A stretch of 64,000 nt of DNA from assembly GCA_021792095.1 (NCBI GenBank), contig JAJYVH010000001.1, positions 125,974 through 189,973 on the forward strand. Direction: 5' to 3'. Positions 36,318 through 46,146 of this stretch are shown piece after piece. The translations under genes and the position numbers were made by a program. Within the stretch, counting starts at the first letter, position 1. Every line of letters begins with the position of its first letter. Origin of the DNA: Candidatus Micrarchaeota archaeon. Lineage in GTDB: Archaea; Micrarchaeota; Micrarchaeia; Micrarchaeales; CABMGC01. The notes beneath the pieces are model-generated. The model had not been told where the DNA came from. It did not search any database and was given only the letters and a program-made list of their open reading frames with translations.

Positions 36318-39300
36318 GTGGTGGCGGACAAGGAAGAAGCTTTAGATGAAAGTATCTCTGTTGGGAAGGAGCACAGGGAAGAGGTGGGCCTGCCAAAGGA
36401 GACCCTGGACTTCTTCGAAGGCGACGAGATAAGGGCCAGGGTATTCTACGAGAAGTACGCGCTCAAGGCGGAGGACGGCAGCACGCTCGAGAAGCTGCCT
36501 AGCGAGATGTGGAGCAGGATCGCCAGGGAGATTGCGACCGTGGAGGCCGACGACGCGAAGAGGAGCGAGTGGCGCGACAAGTTCGTGTGGCTCATGGACA
36601 ACTTCAGGTTCGTGCCAGGGGGCAGGATAATGTTCGGCGCCGGCGCCATGAGGAGGGCGACTCTGCTTAACTGTTACGTCATCCCGGTCAAGGAGGACTC
36701 GCTGGAGGCCATATTCGACTGGTGCAAGGAGGCCGCGAGGACGTACAGCCTCGGCGGGGGCGTGGGCACAGACATAAGCGTGCTCAGGCCGAGGCACGCG
36801 CCTGTGAACAACAGCGCACTCTTCTCGAGCGGCGCTGTCTCGTTCATGGAGATAATGAGCGAGACGACGCACACCATAGGCCAGAACGGCAGGCGCGGCG
36901 CTCTGATGATAACGATGAGCGTCGACCATCCCGACATACTGGAGTTCATCAGAGTGAAGCAGAACAGGGACAAGGTCAGGTACGCCAACATTAGCGTCAG
37001 GATAACAGACGAGTTCATGCGGGCCGTGGAGAACGACACCGACTTCACGCTCAGGTACGAGAGCAAGAAGGCGGGCAGGATAGAGAAGGTGGTCAGGGCG
37101 AGGCAGCTCTGGAACGAGCTGATACAGGCGGCGAGGGACTGGGCCGAGCCGGGCCTCATCTTCTGGGACACCATGAAGAAATACTCGCCGAGCGAGTACA
37201 ACGGCATGGAGGTCATAACGACAAATCCGTGCACAACTGGAGACACGCTGGTGCAGACCCCTGACGGCTGGAAGAGGGTAGACACGCTGAAAGCGGGAGA
37301 TGAGGTGGTCACCGCGTACGGCACATCAAGGCCTATATCCGAGATATACGTCCACGAGGACCAGGACGTCTACAGCGTTAAGTTCACTGACGGGGGCGAG
37401 GTCAAGGCGACGAAGGGCCACATCTTCCACACGAGACAGGGCAGGGCCGGCAAGGACAGGTACTGGAACAAGTTCTGGAACGCTGAAAAGCGCCTCTCCG
37501 ACCTTAAGGCAGGGGACATGGTGAGGGTCCAGAGGAGCGTCTCGGTGCCGAACAACCCGGTCGAGACGCACGGAGTGCCCGATAGGGAATACGGGTTCAT
37601 GCTGGGCACGCTTCTGGGCGACGGATGCTACACGCCGAAAATAGTCGCCAGGGGCCATGCGAAGATAGCCTCGGACTACAGGGAGAAAGAGTGGAATGAC
37701 ACGATAATGAGGACCTTCGGGCACTACGCATCGGACAACATAAGCGTCACGAACTCGAGCGGCAACGGCTACTACATACTGCTGCAGAAGCAGGGAACGC
37801 AATTCATACTCGACAAGACGCTCCTGCAACCCGCCAAATCCTTCGAGAAGAGGATACCGATGGAGTACATAAACAGCAACGCCGAGCTGCACAAGGGCCT
37901 GATAGACGGCCTGGTTTCGACTGACGGCAACGTGAACATGAATCCGACGAACCCTGCGCTGAGGATATCCTCAACCAGCATAGGCCTGCTTAACGACGTT
38001 AAGCTGATACTCGCATTCCACGGAATTCACGCGAGAATATACAGGACAAGGCGCATTTCGCACAGGTTAGGGGGCAGGACCATAGAGACGAAACACGAGA
38101 GTACAGTCCTGCACATATACGGGAACGACCTTGCGAGGTTCGCATCCATATTCCCGATAAGCCACCCGGAGAAGCAGGAGCGCCTCTATAGGCTGCGCGA
38201 CATGTCCATAGGCACGTCATCCGACTTCTCGAAGATAAAGTCAATAGACTACCTGGGCAAGGAGACGGTCTACGACATCTACGAAAAGGAAACAGACACA
38301 TGGGTAACGAACGGCTATGTGAGCAGGGGCTGCAGCGAGCAGCCGCTACAGGCATACGGGGCATGCGACTTGGGTAGCCTCAACCTTGCTGCTTTCGTGC
38401 TCGACATGTTCACGGACAACGCGAGGCTGGACTGGGCAAGCCTGGAGAAGGCGACGAGGTATGCGACGCGTTTCCTGGACAACGTGCTGGATTACAATAT
38501 TGGCAAGCACCCGCTCAAGGACCAGGAGGAGTCGGTGAGCAAGAGCAGGCGTATTGGCATAGGCGTTACAGGCCTCGCCGACATGCTGGCTATGCTCAAG
38601 ATAAAGTACGACTCCGACGACGCGCTGGCGTTCGTTGACAAGCTCTTCGAGAAGCTGAAGGAAACTGCATACGACGAGAGCACCGAGATAGCAAAGGAGA
38701 AGGGCCCCTTCGCCCTCTTCGACGCGCAGAAGCACCTCTCGATGCCATTCATACAGAACCTGAACAAGGATCTGCGGAAGAAGATAGAGGACAACGGGCT
38801 CCGCAACGTGGCGATACTCACGATACCGCCGGTGGGCAGCGGTTCGGTGCTAGCCGGGACGAGCAGCGGCATAGAGCCCATTTTCGCTTTCAGCTACACG
38901 CGAAGGAGCGAGTCGCTGAGCAAGGAGTACTTCAAGGTGTACCACCCGCTGGTGATGAAGTACATGAGCATGACGTCGCTAAAGGACGACGCCGAACTGC
39001 CCGATTTCTTCGTGCCCGCGCATAAGATAAACGCAGAGTTCAGGGTGCGCATGCAGTCGGTCATGCAGAAGCACGTGGACAGCGCGATCTCGTCCACGGT
39101 CAACCTGCCGGCCAACGCCGCGGTGGAGGACGTGGGCAACATATACATGCTCGCGTGGAAGGGCAAGTGCAAGGGCATAACTGTGTACAGGGAGGGCTCC
39201 AGGGAGGGCGTGCTCATAACAGAGGAGGAGAAGAAGAAAGAGGAGGCTCCGAAGCCGGCGGTGGCGTGGGACAGGGACAAGACCCAGATACTGATAGGCA

Positions 39301-39788
39301 AGACTGTGAAGCTGCACGTGCAGCAGGACTCGCTGTACGTGACCGCCAACATAGACTCGGAGGGCAACGTCCGCGAGGTGTTCATCAACATGGGCAAGAG
39401 CGGCGGCCAGGAGAAGAGCTACACAGAGGCGATAGGCAGGCTGATAAGCAAGTACCTGCAGCTCAACGGCGACGTCAACGGCGTCATATCCAGCCTGAAG
39501 GGCATAAAGTCCAACGACGCGATAGCGTGGGACAGGGGCATAAAGATGTACAGCGTACCCGACGCCATAGCCAAGGCGCTCGAGATAGTGGTGGGCACTG
39601 CGAACTTCAAGGCGTTCCCGCTCAACGCTCAGGACGGGAAGGAGCAGGGCTCCCAGATGGGCGTCCAGCAGCAGGTCGCAGACACCGCCATAAAGCCGGA
39701 GATGTGCCCTGAGTGCAACGAAATGACGCTTGTTCACGAGAGCGGATGCTACACGTGCAAGAACTGCGGCTACACCAAGTGCGCCTGA
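36318..39788 (+). CDS. nrdJ: Class II (AdoCbl-dependent) ribonucleotide reductase containing an intein
   Basis: FVPGGRI, LLNCYV, GGGVG, RRGALM, NISV, EPG, TNP|C...|CSEQPL, CDLGSLNL, IPPVGS, TSSGIEP, KGITVYR, C-terminal CPEC...C..CG. Confidence 0.96.
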   Translation: MVADKEEALDESISVGKEHREEVGLPKETLDFFEGDEIRARVFYEKYALKAEDGSTLEKLPSEMWSRIAREIATVEADDAKRSEWRDKFVWLMDNFRFVPGGRIMFGAGAMRRATLLNCYVIPVKEDSLEAIFDWCKEAARTYSLGGGVGTDISVLRPRHAPVNNSALFSSGAVSFMEIMSETTHTIGQNGRRGALMITMSVDHPDILEFIRVKQNRDKVRYANISVRITDEFMRAVENDTDFTLRYESKKAGRIEKVVRARQLWNELIQAARDWAEPGLIFWDTMKKYSPSEYNGMEVITTNPCTTGDTLVQTPDGWKRVDTLKAGDEVVTAYGTSRPISEIYVHEDQDVYSVKFTDGGEVKATKGHIFHTRQGRAGKDRYWNKFWNAEKRLSDLKAGDMVRVQRSVSVPNNPVETHGVPDREYGFMLGTLLGDGCYTPKIVARGHAKIASDYREKEWNDTIMRTFGHYASDNISVTNSSGNGYYILLQKQGTQFILDKTLLQPAKSFEKRIPMEYINSNAELHKGLIDGLVSTDGNVNMNPTNPALRISSTSIGLLNDVKLILAFHGIHARIYRTRRISHRLGGRTIETKHESTVLHIYGNDLARFASIFPISHPEKQERLYRLRDMSIGTSSDFSKIKSIDYLGKETVYDIYEKETDTWVTNGYVSRGCSEQPLQAYGACDLGSLNLAAFVLDMFTDNARLDWASLEKATRYATRFLDNVLDYNIGKHPLKDQEESVSKSRRIGIGVTGLADMLAMLKIKYDSDDALAFVDKLFEKLKETAYDESTEIAKEKGPFALFDAQKHLSMPFIQNLNKDLRKKIEDNGLRNVAILTIPPVGSGSVLAGTSSGIEPIFAFSYTRRSESLSKEYFKVYHPLVMKYMSMTSLKDDAELPDFFVPAHKINAEFRVRMQSVMQKHVDSAISSTVNLPANAAVEDVGNIYMLAWKGKCKGITVYREGSREGVLITEEEKKKEEAPKPAVAWDRDKTQILIGKTVKLHVQQDSLYVTANIDSEGNVREVFINMGKSGGQEKSYTEAIGRLISKYLQLNGDVNGVISSLKGIKSNDAIAWDRGIKMYSVPDAIAKALEIVVGTANFKAFPLNAQDGKEQGSQMGVQQQVADTAIKPEMCPECNEMTLVHESGCYTCKNCGYTKCA
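37230..38330 (+). mobile_element. Intein (367 aa) with LAGLIDADG endonuclease in NrdJ; atypical C-terminus S-R-G|C
   Basis: Block A CTTGDTLVQTPDG, block B ATKGHIF, LAGLIDADG motifs LGTLLGDG and LIDGLVSTDG, block F ETVYDI, block G WVTNGYVSRG/C; removal restores TTNP-CSEQPL. Confidence 0.92.
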
Positions 39789-39841
39789 CGCCGCTTGCGA
39801 TGGGACGCGCGCCGAGCAGACTGGCTGGCCTATCCGGACGG

Positions 39842-40330
39842 CTACCCGCTTACCCTTGCGGCAAGCTGGCCGACTGCGGTCTGCGAGAAGCCTGTGTACG
39901 TGTTGGTGTAGTTTATCAGCAGGTAGCCCTGGAACTCCTGGCCTGGCGAAGCGGAGTACTGGCTGTTGCCCGCCCAGCATTGCGCGCTGAACGTGTAGTT
40001 GGAGCCTATGAGCATGCTTATCTGGTTGCTAGGCGGATTGCTGGGCACGTACATGTGCGCCGCGCTCGTGTTGGTGTTGCAGCCGTAGGCGGTTATGTTT
40101 ATGGTGGAGAGCGTCGCCTGCTCCAGGTTTATCGTGACCACGCCGGAGCTGGCCAGCTCTATGCTGGTGCAGGAGAAGCCGGCCGGCAACACGCACTCAT
40201 TACCGAGCACGCTGCCCGGGCTGAACACGCCGAGCGCGAAGAGGGCTGCGAGCGCGACTGCTATCACCAGTATGGCCCAGCCGTAGGTCACCAGGTACTC
40301 CATGGCAGACTGCTGCCTGAGCTGTCGCAT
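39842..40330 (-). CDS. Pilin-like protein with class III signal peptide
   Basis: RQQSAMEYLVTYGWAILVIAV, nearly the same N-terminus as 34452..35357 but with a short non-LamG C-domain. Confidence 0.85.
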   Translation of the reverse strand: MRQLRQQSAMEYLVTYGWAILVIAVALAALFALGVFSPGSVLGNECVLPAGFSCTSIELASSGVVTINLEQATLSTINITAYGCNTNTSAAHMYVPSNPPSNQISMLIGSNYTFSAQCWAGNSQYSASPGQEFQGYLLINYTNTYTGFSQTAVGQLAARVSG

Positions 40331-40386
40331 GCTACTTATCCTACCTATGTTTTTTTATTACATTAACCCCAAATGGTCTTGATAGC

Positions 40387-41112
40387 ATGTGGGCGCCCTT
40401 TCTTCTGCAAGCTGCAGGCTCGGTCGTGAACGTGGCTACGTACGTTGCCGCTGGTTCCGTGTACACTGAGAACACAGTAGTTGTGCTCATCACCATGCTC
40501 ACGGTACTGGCGCTGTCGGTGCAGATAGCAAGGGGCTACTTCCTGCGCATACTCAAGAAGTTCACGCTCAGGCTCGGCGCCGACATCTGGTGGCTGGTGT
40601 ACATACTGCTGCGCGACGCCAGCATATTCCTTGTTGTCTTCCTTGGCTTCATGCTCTTCTGGCCCGCGATATACCAGGATTTCCCGATAGCTGTGCCCTT
40701 CATGCCCCTCGCCATAGACTTCTTCGCCATGGCCCTGGTGCTCATGCTGGTGGTGGACACCGACGAGGTGCCCCTCTACAACAGCCTGATGACCATATTA
40801 GTCCTGGTAGGCACAGTGCTCTACATAACTGGAGTGGTGTTCGTCACGGAGGGCGCTACGCAGCTTGCGGTTCTTCCGGCCACCGTGTCGCTGAGCCAGA
40901 GCAACATATGGGGATACTTCAACGCAAACTTCAACTCCATGAACAACCCCAACCTGTCAATGTACACGTTCTACGTCACTTTCGGCATACTCGGCATCTG
41001 CGGGCTTGTGGCCCTGCTCTACTCGTTCAGGGGCGGGATACTCAACAGGCTTATAGAGCCAAAACCCAAGCCTGCCGTCAAGGAGACGATCAACCCGCCA
41101 CAGGCCAAGTGA
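40387..41112 (+). CDS. Hypothetical multi-pass membrane protein
   Basis: About 5 hydrophobic helices; first gene of an apparent operon with a ferredoxin. Confidence 0.8.
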   Translation: MWAPFLLQAAGSVVNVATYVAAGSVYTENTVVVLITMLTVLALSVQIARGYFLRILKKFTLRLGADIWWLVYILLRDASIFLVVFLGFMLFWPAIYQDFPIAVPFMPLAIDFFAMALVLMLVVDTDEVPLYNSLMTILVLVGTVLYITGVVFVTEGATQLAVLPATVSLSQSNIWGYFNANFNSMNNPNLSMYTFYVTFGILGICGLVALLYSFRGGILNRLIEPKPKPAVKETINPPQAK

Positions 41113-41118
41113 GCGCCG

Positions 41119-41574
41119 ATGCCGTTCAAGTACACGTTCGACGACAACAAGTGCATACAGTGCGGCATATGCGGCGACGTGTGCCCTGTCAACGCGCTGG
41201 ATTTCACCAGGCCGAGGCACAAGAACATAGAGGACGCGAGGGGCCAGCCGCCGTCCACTGAAGACATGACCGAGTATCCGATACAGGTAGACAGGTGCAT
41301 AGGCTGCATGATCTGCCCCACCGAGTGCCCGGTGTCGTGCATAGAGATAGTGCAGGTGCCGAGGGAGCCGAGGTATGCGCCCAAGCAGGGACCGATGCTC
41401 ACCGAGGAGCCAACGAAGGACGAATTCTCGCTTTCCAAGTACACCAAGGTTAGGCCCGCCAAGGCGAAGGTCAAGGACCCGTGGGGCAACGAATGGCATT
41501 ACATACCGCACACCGGCCCGAGAGCCACGAAAAGGCCTTCCGAAGTGTGGGAGAAGCACGAGGAGATGGATTGA
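41119..41574 (+). CDS. 2[4Fe-4S] dicluster ferredoxin-like protein
   Basis: CIQCGICGDVCP and CIGCMICPTECP. Confidence 0.92.
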   Translation: MPFKYTFDDNKCIQCGICGDVCPVNALDFTRPRHKNIEDARGQPPSTEDMTEYPIQVDRCIGCMICPTECPVSCIEIVQVPREPRYAPKQGPMLTEEPTKDEFSLSKYTKVRPAKAKVKDPWGNEWHYIPHTGPRATKRPSEVWEKHEEMD

Positions 41575-42167
41575 CGAGGAGAGTGGTGATCGTGCACGGG
41601 TGGGGCTCCGATTCTGAGAGCGACTGGATCCCGTGGCTCGCCGGCGAGATCAGGCAGAGAGGCATAGAGGCGAGCGCTCCGGACATGCCCGATACCGAGA
41701 ACCCGAAAATAACGGAATGGGTGCGTTTCCTCTCAGAGCAGATAAACGGGGCTGACAGTAGCCTGTTCCTGGTGGGCCACAGCATAGGCTGCCAGACGAT
41801 ACTAAGGTATCTGGAGGCGCTGCCCGAGGGCAGCAAGATAGGCGGCGCCGTGTTTGTGGCCGGATGGACCTCCCTCACAGGCCTCAGCGATAGCGAGAAG
41901 GCGGTATCGGCCCCGTGGGAGAACACGCCGATAGACTGGCGGAAGGCATCCGCGAGCGCGGGCTCGTTCGTGTGCATATACTCTGACAACGATCCCTACG
42001 TGACCGAGGCGGATGCGCAGCTCCTTGGCAGGAACCTGGGCGCCAAGATGGTGCTGGACGCAGGGCGCGGGCACTTCACAGAAGAGGACGACGTGACGCA
42101 GCTGCCCGCCGTGCTCGACGAACTGCTGGCCATGATGGGCCTGCCCGCAGACACCGCTGTCATTTAG
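41571..42167 (+). CDS. RBBP9/YdeN-family serine hydrolase
   Basis: IVHGW......WIPWL, VGHSIG, SDNDPYV, GHF; TTG start at 41571 overlaps the ferredoxin stop. Confidence 0.9.
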   Translation: MTRRVVIVHGWGSDSESDWIPWLAGEIRQRGIEASAPDMPDTENPKITEWVRFLSEQINGADSSLFLVGHSIGCQTILRYLEALPEGSKIGGAVFVAGWTSLTGLSDSEKAVSAPWENTPIDWRKASASAGSFVCIYSDNDPYVTEADAQLLGRNLGAKMVLDAGRGHFTEEDDVTQLPAVLDELLAMMGLPADTAVI

Positions 42168-43062
42168 TGACCACAGCGCACGAGTCCTTCTCCACTATTG
42201 CCTCCTTCTCGGCCTGGGCCACAATCCCATGGCCGCGCTCCACGAGCGCGGGGAACGACTGCAGGACGCCAAGCCCGGAGAGCTCGTTCAGTCCCTTCCT
42301 TATGCCGAACTCCGAAGCAAACTCCTTCGCAAGCCACCTTATCGCGAACGGGTACGTCTTGTGCTCCCTTTCCACAATCTCCGCCAGCTTCCTCGCCTCG
42401 GGGCTCCTTGCGGCAACGGGACCGTTCAGCTGGAATATCTGCACCACGTCGCTGTCTACCACAAAGCCATCGCCTGTAGTCAGGAAGGGCTCCAGCGCTA
42501 TCACCTGGCCCTCCTCCAGCCTCGTCGTGTCGCCGTTGTCGTAGTTGGGTATGAATATGGAGGCATGGAGCTCTCCGTACTCCACGGCGTGGCCGCCGAG
42601 GTTCCTTATGGGCTTGAAACCGCGCTTCTCTGCCACCCTGGCGATCTCCCTGCCTATGTCGTTGAGCCTGGCGCCCGCCCTCACGCCCGCGAGGCCTGCC
42701 TCCAGCGCCTCGCCTGCGGCCTCGACCATCTTCGCATTATCGCCGGACAGGTCGACTGTCACTGCGCAGTCGCCCAGCACGTCCCCTTGCCTTGCGCCGA
42801 CATCCACCTTCACCACGTCGCGGTCCCCGAAGACGCTGGCGTCTGAGGTGGTTGCCGTGTAGTGCGCTGCGCGCTCGTTGGCCGATATGTTGGCCGGGAA
42901 AGCGAGCTGCATACCTTTGCCCCTTATGAAAGCCTCTATCTTCTCGCACGCGTCGAGCACGCTTGCGCCGGGCTTCACCAGGCTCTTGCCGTACTGCGCG
43001 GCCTCCCATGAAACTCTGCCAACTTCCTTCAGCTTCTCGTAGTCGTATTCTTGCCCTTGCAT
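42160..43062 (-). CDS. map: Methionine aminopeptidase type II
   Basis: AFPAN, AAHYT, KVDVG, GDCA, NLGGH, LH, LEPF; last ligand region QAEKE (canonical Q.EHT). Confidence 0.95.
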   Translation of the reverse strand: MQGQEYDYEKLKEVGRVSWEAAQYGKSLVKPGASVLDACEKIEAFIRGKGMQLAFPANISANERAAHYTATTSDASVFGDRDVVKVDVGARQGDVLGDCAVTVDLSGDNAKMVEAAGEALEAGLAGVRAGARLNDIGREIARVAEKRGFKPIRNLGGHAVEYGELHASIFIPNYDNGDTTRLEEGQVIALEPFLTTGDGFVVDSDVVQIFQLNGPVAARSPEARKLAEIVEREHKTYPFAIRWLAKEFASEFGIRKGLNELSGLGVLQSFPALVERGHGIVAQAEKEAIVEKDSCAVVTK

Positions 43063-43063
43063 A

Positions 43064-45481
43064 TCAAAGCCTCTTCTGCGAGCCTGAGCCCGTCAGCTCC
43101 TCCTCGGTCACCCCCAGTTCCTTGAGTATCTTCAGCGTAGCGGGTATGACCTGGTGGTTTATGTAGTAGTCAGGATCATAGTCCTTCGCGGTCTCCTCCA
43201 CCTCCGCCTTCTCGCTTATGCTGTTCCCGTGCTTCGTTATCACATAGCCTATGGCCGCGCCGTCCAGGTCCTCGCTCGTCTTGACTCCCTGCCTTATCGC
43301 CTTCTGCGCTGCGTAAAGCTCCGGCGACCTGACGTCGTAGTTGCCTATGCCCTTCCTGAGCTGCGTGTGTATGACGAACTCCTGCATGTCCATGCTGCCG
43401 GAGCGTATCCGCGCCACGACGTCGCGCACTATGGACACGGCCTTCTCCTTGCTGCCCTCCTTCAGTATCGCGTCGAGCACCGCGTGCTGCGTGTCGCGCG
43501 CCACCTTGGACCAGTCCCTGCGTACAAGCTCGAAGCCCTTTATCTTTATCCTGCCTGACTGCGACAGGAGGGCATACTTCTTCTTCGCTCCCGTCTCCGC
43601 GCCGCGCTTGCCCACGAAGACACCGCGCGTGTATGTGTCCTCGAACTCGAGCTCCATGGCGCCGGGCAGGGAGCCGTTGAGGCGCTTCTGGAACTCCACG
43701 ACGTCCTCGTCGCTCTTGCTGCCCCTCAGCAGGAAGGTGCTGTCCGTGTCGCTGTAGATGACCTTGAAGCCTGCCTTCTCCGCCTCCTCGATCGTCCTAA
43801 GTATGAACTGCCTCGCGAACGCAGTTATGCTGGACGCGCATTCCCTGGAGTACCACCTGGAGCGCGCGTAGCCCAGGTAGCCGTAGAACGAGTTGGCTAG
43901 TATCTTGAGCGCCGTGCTCCTAGCGCCCAGCAGCTTGTTGTCGGGATCTTTTTTGAACGCCTTCTTGACCGATGCGCGCTCGTCTATCAGCATCTTCAGC
44001 AGCAGGGGCATTATGCCAACGCGGTCCTTCCTGAACCTTATGCCGGTGGGCGACTCGTAATAGTCGCCACAATCCTTGCATATAGTTGAGGGGTCTATGT
44101 TGTGCGCTATTATGATAGATGGATACAGGCCACGGAAGTCGAGCACGGATATGTTCTCGTAGATGCCTGCATCCGGCGTCTTCACGTAAGCGCCTTCGTA
44201 CGGGTTCGCCATCCTCGCGGCGATCTCCGCAGGGTTTGGTTTGTTGGGCACCACTTCCCCGTGCTCGTGTGCCAGGCACATGAGCATGTGCTCAGCCAGC
44301 TGGCTGGTGGTGGATATGCTCGCCTCCCCGAGCGTGGTGCGGCCCACGTGGGCCATCTCCACCTCTATAGTTATGAAGAACTCGAAAAGCTCGTCCACAG
44401 CGAGCGAGTCGGCCAGCGAATAGTCGGCCAGCTCCTCCACCCGACTGCCTCCGGCGTCCCACTGCTCCCAGATGTTCGCCCTGTCGACCATCTTCTTCCT
44501 CTTGCCGGTCACAGCAGCGTACACCTCCACTAGCTTGAAGTTGTTGACCTTGATCACCTGCTCCGATGCGCCCACCACGGAAACGAACTTCGCAACGTTG
44601 TACAGGTCCAGGTTCACCCTGCCTGGTATGCGAACAGCCTCGAGCAGGCCGTGGTGCTCTGTCTTCGCGTTGCCGCCCTCGTACCTGCCTAACTTCAGGT
44701 CGACTCCGAGCGCCGCCGCCCTTTCCATCAGGTACGGGATGTCGAAGGCCGAAGAGTTGTAACCCACGATGACATCAGGGTCTATGCGCTGCACCGCGGC
44801 GCTGAAGGCCTGCAGCATCTCCTTCTCGCCGCTGAAGCCGGAGACGAAGTCCCTGGCTATCTCCTTGGTAGCCAGCACCCTCTTCTCGCTCCCGTCCGTG
44901 TAGCTTATCATGATCACCGGATCGCGCTTGGGGTTGGGCACGCCGCGCGGATTGTACGTCTCTATGTCGAAGCTGAGGCGGCTGAGCTTGATATCAGGCT
45001 GCCCGTCGCCTGCGCGTATGTCGTCTATGAGCAGGTCGCCGCCATCCTCGTGGGCCTTCACGACGGCGATGGACATGGGCGAGAGCCCCTTGTCTATCAG
45101 GTACCTCTTCCAGAACACTATGTCCTTCTCGTAGCACGTGCCCAGCTCTCCCATGACCTCGCTGACCCCGGGCACGTGCCTCGGGTTCCTTAGCACTATC
45201 TTGAATACTTTCCGCTTCTCCGTCCCCACCAGCAGCTCCTCCTCGCCAACATCCTCTATGCCTGCCTGCTCGCCTTCTCTTGTGACCACCTTCATTCCCT
45301 TGAGCTGCTCCGCGCTGACCTTGGAGTTGCCGGGCACAAGATAGAAGTAGGGATAGAAGGACGGGTCGAGGAGGTTGTACACTCTGCTCGCGGTCTTGAG
45401 GCTTACCCTGACCACCCCGCGGTCGTTGCGAGTGACGTAACTCGCGTCGAGTATTATGCCTTTGAGATCCAAGTCCCCCAT
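43064..45481 (-). CDS. polB: Family B DNA polymerase
   Basis: Exo FDIET, YNSSAFD, YSLAD; Pol DFRGLYPSII, KILANSFYGY, YSDTDS, KKKYA. Confidence 0.97.
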   Translation of the reverse strand: MGDLDLKGIILDASYVTRNDRGVVRVSLKTASRVYNLLDPSFYPYFYLVPGNSKVSAEQLKGMKVVTREGEQAGIEDVGEEELLVGTEKRKVFKIVLRNPRHVPGVSEVMGELGTCYEKDIVFWKRYLIDKGLSPMSIAVVKAHEDGGDLLIDDIRAGDGQPDIKLSRLSFDIETYNPRGVPNPKRDPVIMISYTDGSEKRVLATKEIARDFVSGFSGEKEMLQAFSAAVQRIDPDVIVGYNSSAFDIPYLMERAAALGVDLKLGRYEGGNAKTEHHGLLEAVRIPGRVNLDLYNVAKFVSVVGASEQVIKVNNFKLVEVYAAVTGKRKKMVDRANIWEQWDAGGSRVEELADYSLADSLAVDELFEFFITIEVEMAHVGRTTLGEASISTTSQLAEHMLMCLAHEHGEVVPNKPNPAEIAARMANPYEGAYVKTPDAGIYENISVLDFRGLYPSIIIAHNIDPSTICKDCGDYYESPTGIRFRKDRVGIMPLLLKMLIDERASVKKAFKKDPDNKLLGARSTALKILANSFYGYLGYARSRWYSRECASSITAFARQFILRTIEEAEKAGFKVIYSDTDSTFLLRGSKSDEDVVEFQKRLNGSLPGAMELEFEDTYTRGVFVGKRGAETGAKKKYALLSQSGRIKIKGFELVRRDWSKVARDTQHAVLDAILKEGSKEKAVSIVRDVVARIRSGSMDMQEFVIHTQLRKGIGNYDVRSPELYAAQKAIRQGVKTSEDLDGAAIGYVITKHGNSISEKAEVEETAKDYDPDYYINHQVIPATLKILKELGVTEEELTGSGSQKRL

Positions 45482-45595
45482 GTTATCGAAAGAGTGAATA
45501 TTGATGGCATTTCAAGGATAAAAAGCGTTGCTATAGGCAGCTTTCGCATAGCCTCAGCTGTGGGTTGCTTTCAAAGGACAAAAGCTTTCCTCTTA

Positions 45596-46009
45596 CTACT
45601 TCGGCTGCGTCGTCTCCTCCAGCTTGGCCTTAGTCAGCGGAAGCGGAGCGATCAGGCCTATGGAGCCGGCGAGATACGTGCCCCTTGCAGCGCACTCAAA
45701 ATTCAGCAGGTTTATCAGGTCCTCCGCGAACTTGACTGGCAGCGTCTTCTTCTTGCCCCAGGCGTCGTTTATCTGGCTTATTGTTTCTGCAGTCTCCTTG
45801 GCAGACACTATGCCCTTAATCTTCAGCTCGCCTACCGATTTGTCGCCCTTGGCGCCGCCCTCGTAGTTCGCCGAGAAAGTATAGGTGATCTCTACGCTCT
45901 CCCCCTTGACCTTCACATCATCGAAGTTTATGTTGAACTTCATGCCAGTTATGGGGTCTGCTGCCGGCCTGTCCGCCTCAACGTGGTTTATTCCTATGCC
46001 TGTTATCAT
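45596..46009 (-). CDS. Conserved-looking archaeal hypothetical protein
   Basis: MITGIGINHVEA...F.ANYE...G.L.IKG...LIAPLP; ATG at 46009. Confidence 0.7.
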   Translation of the reverse strand: MITGIGINHVEADRPAADPITGMKFNINFDDVKVKGESVEITYTFSANYEGGAKGDKSVGELKIKGIVSAKETAETISQINDAWGKKKTLPVKFAEDLINLLNFECAARGTYLAGSIGLIAPLPLTKAKLEETTQPK

Positions 46010-46146
46010 GCGATCAACTTGCAAAATATTATCTTGCTTGGGTATTATATACATTACCGATGGCGCCATGCCACGCTCTGCATTCGCACATTTTTTGAGA
46101 AAACGCTGTATATTAATAGTTTTATTACCCATTAGCACCGAAATAC

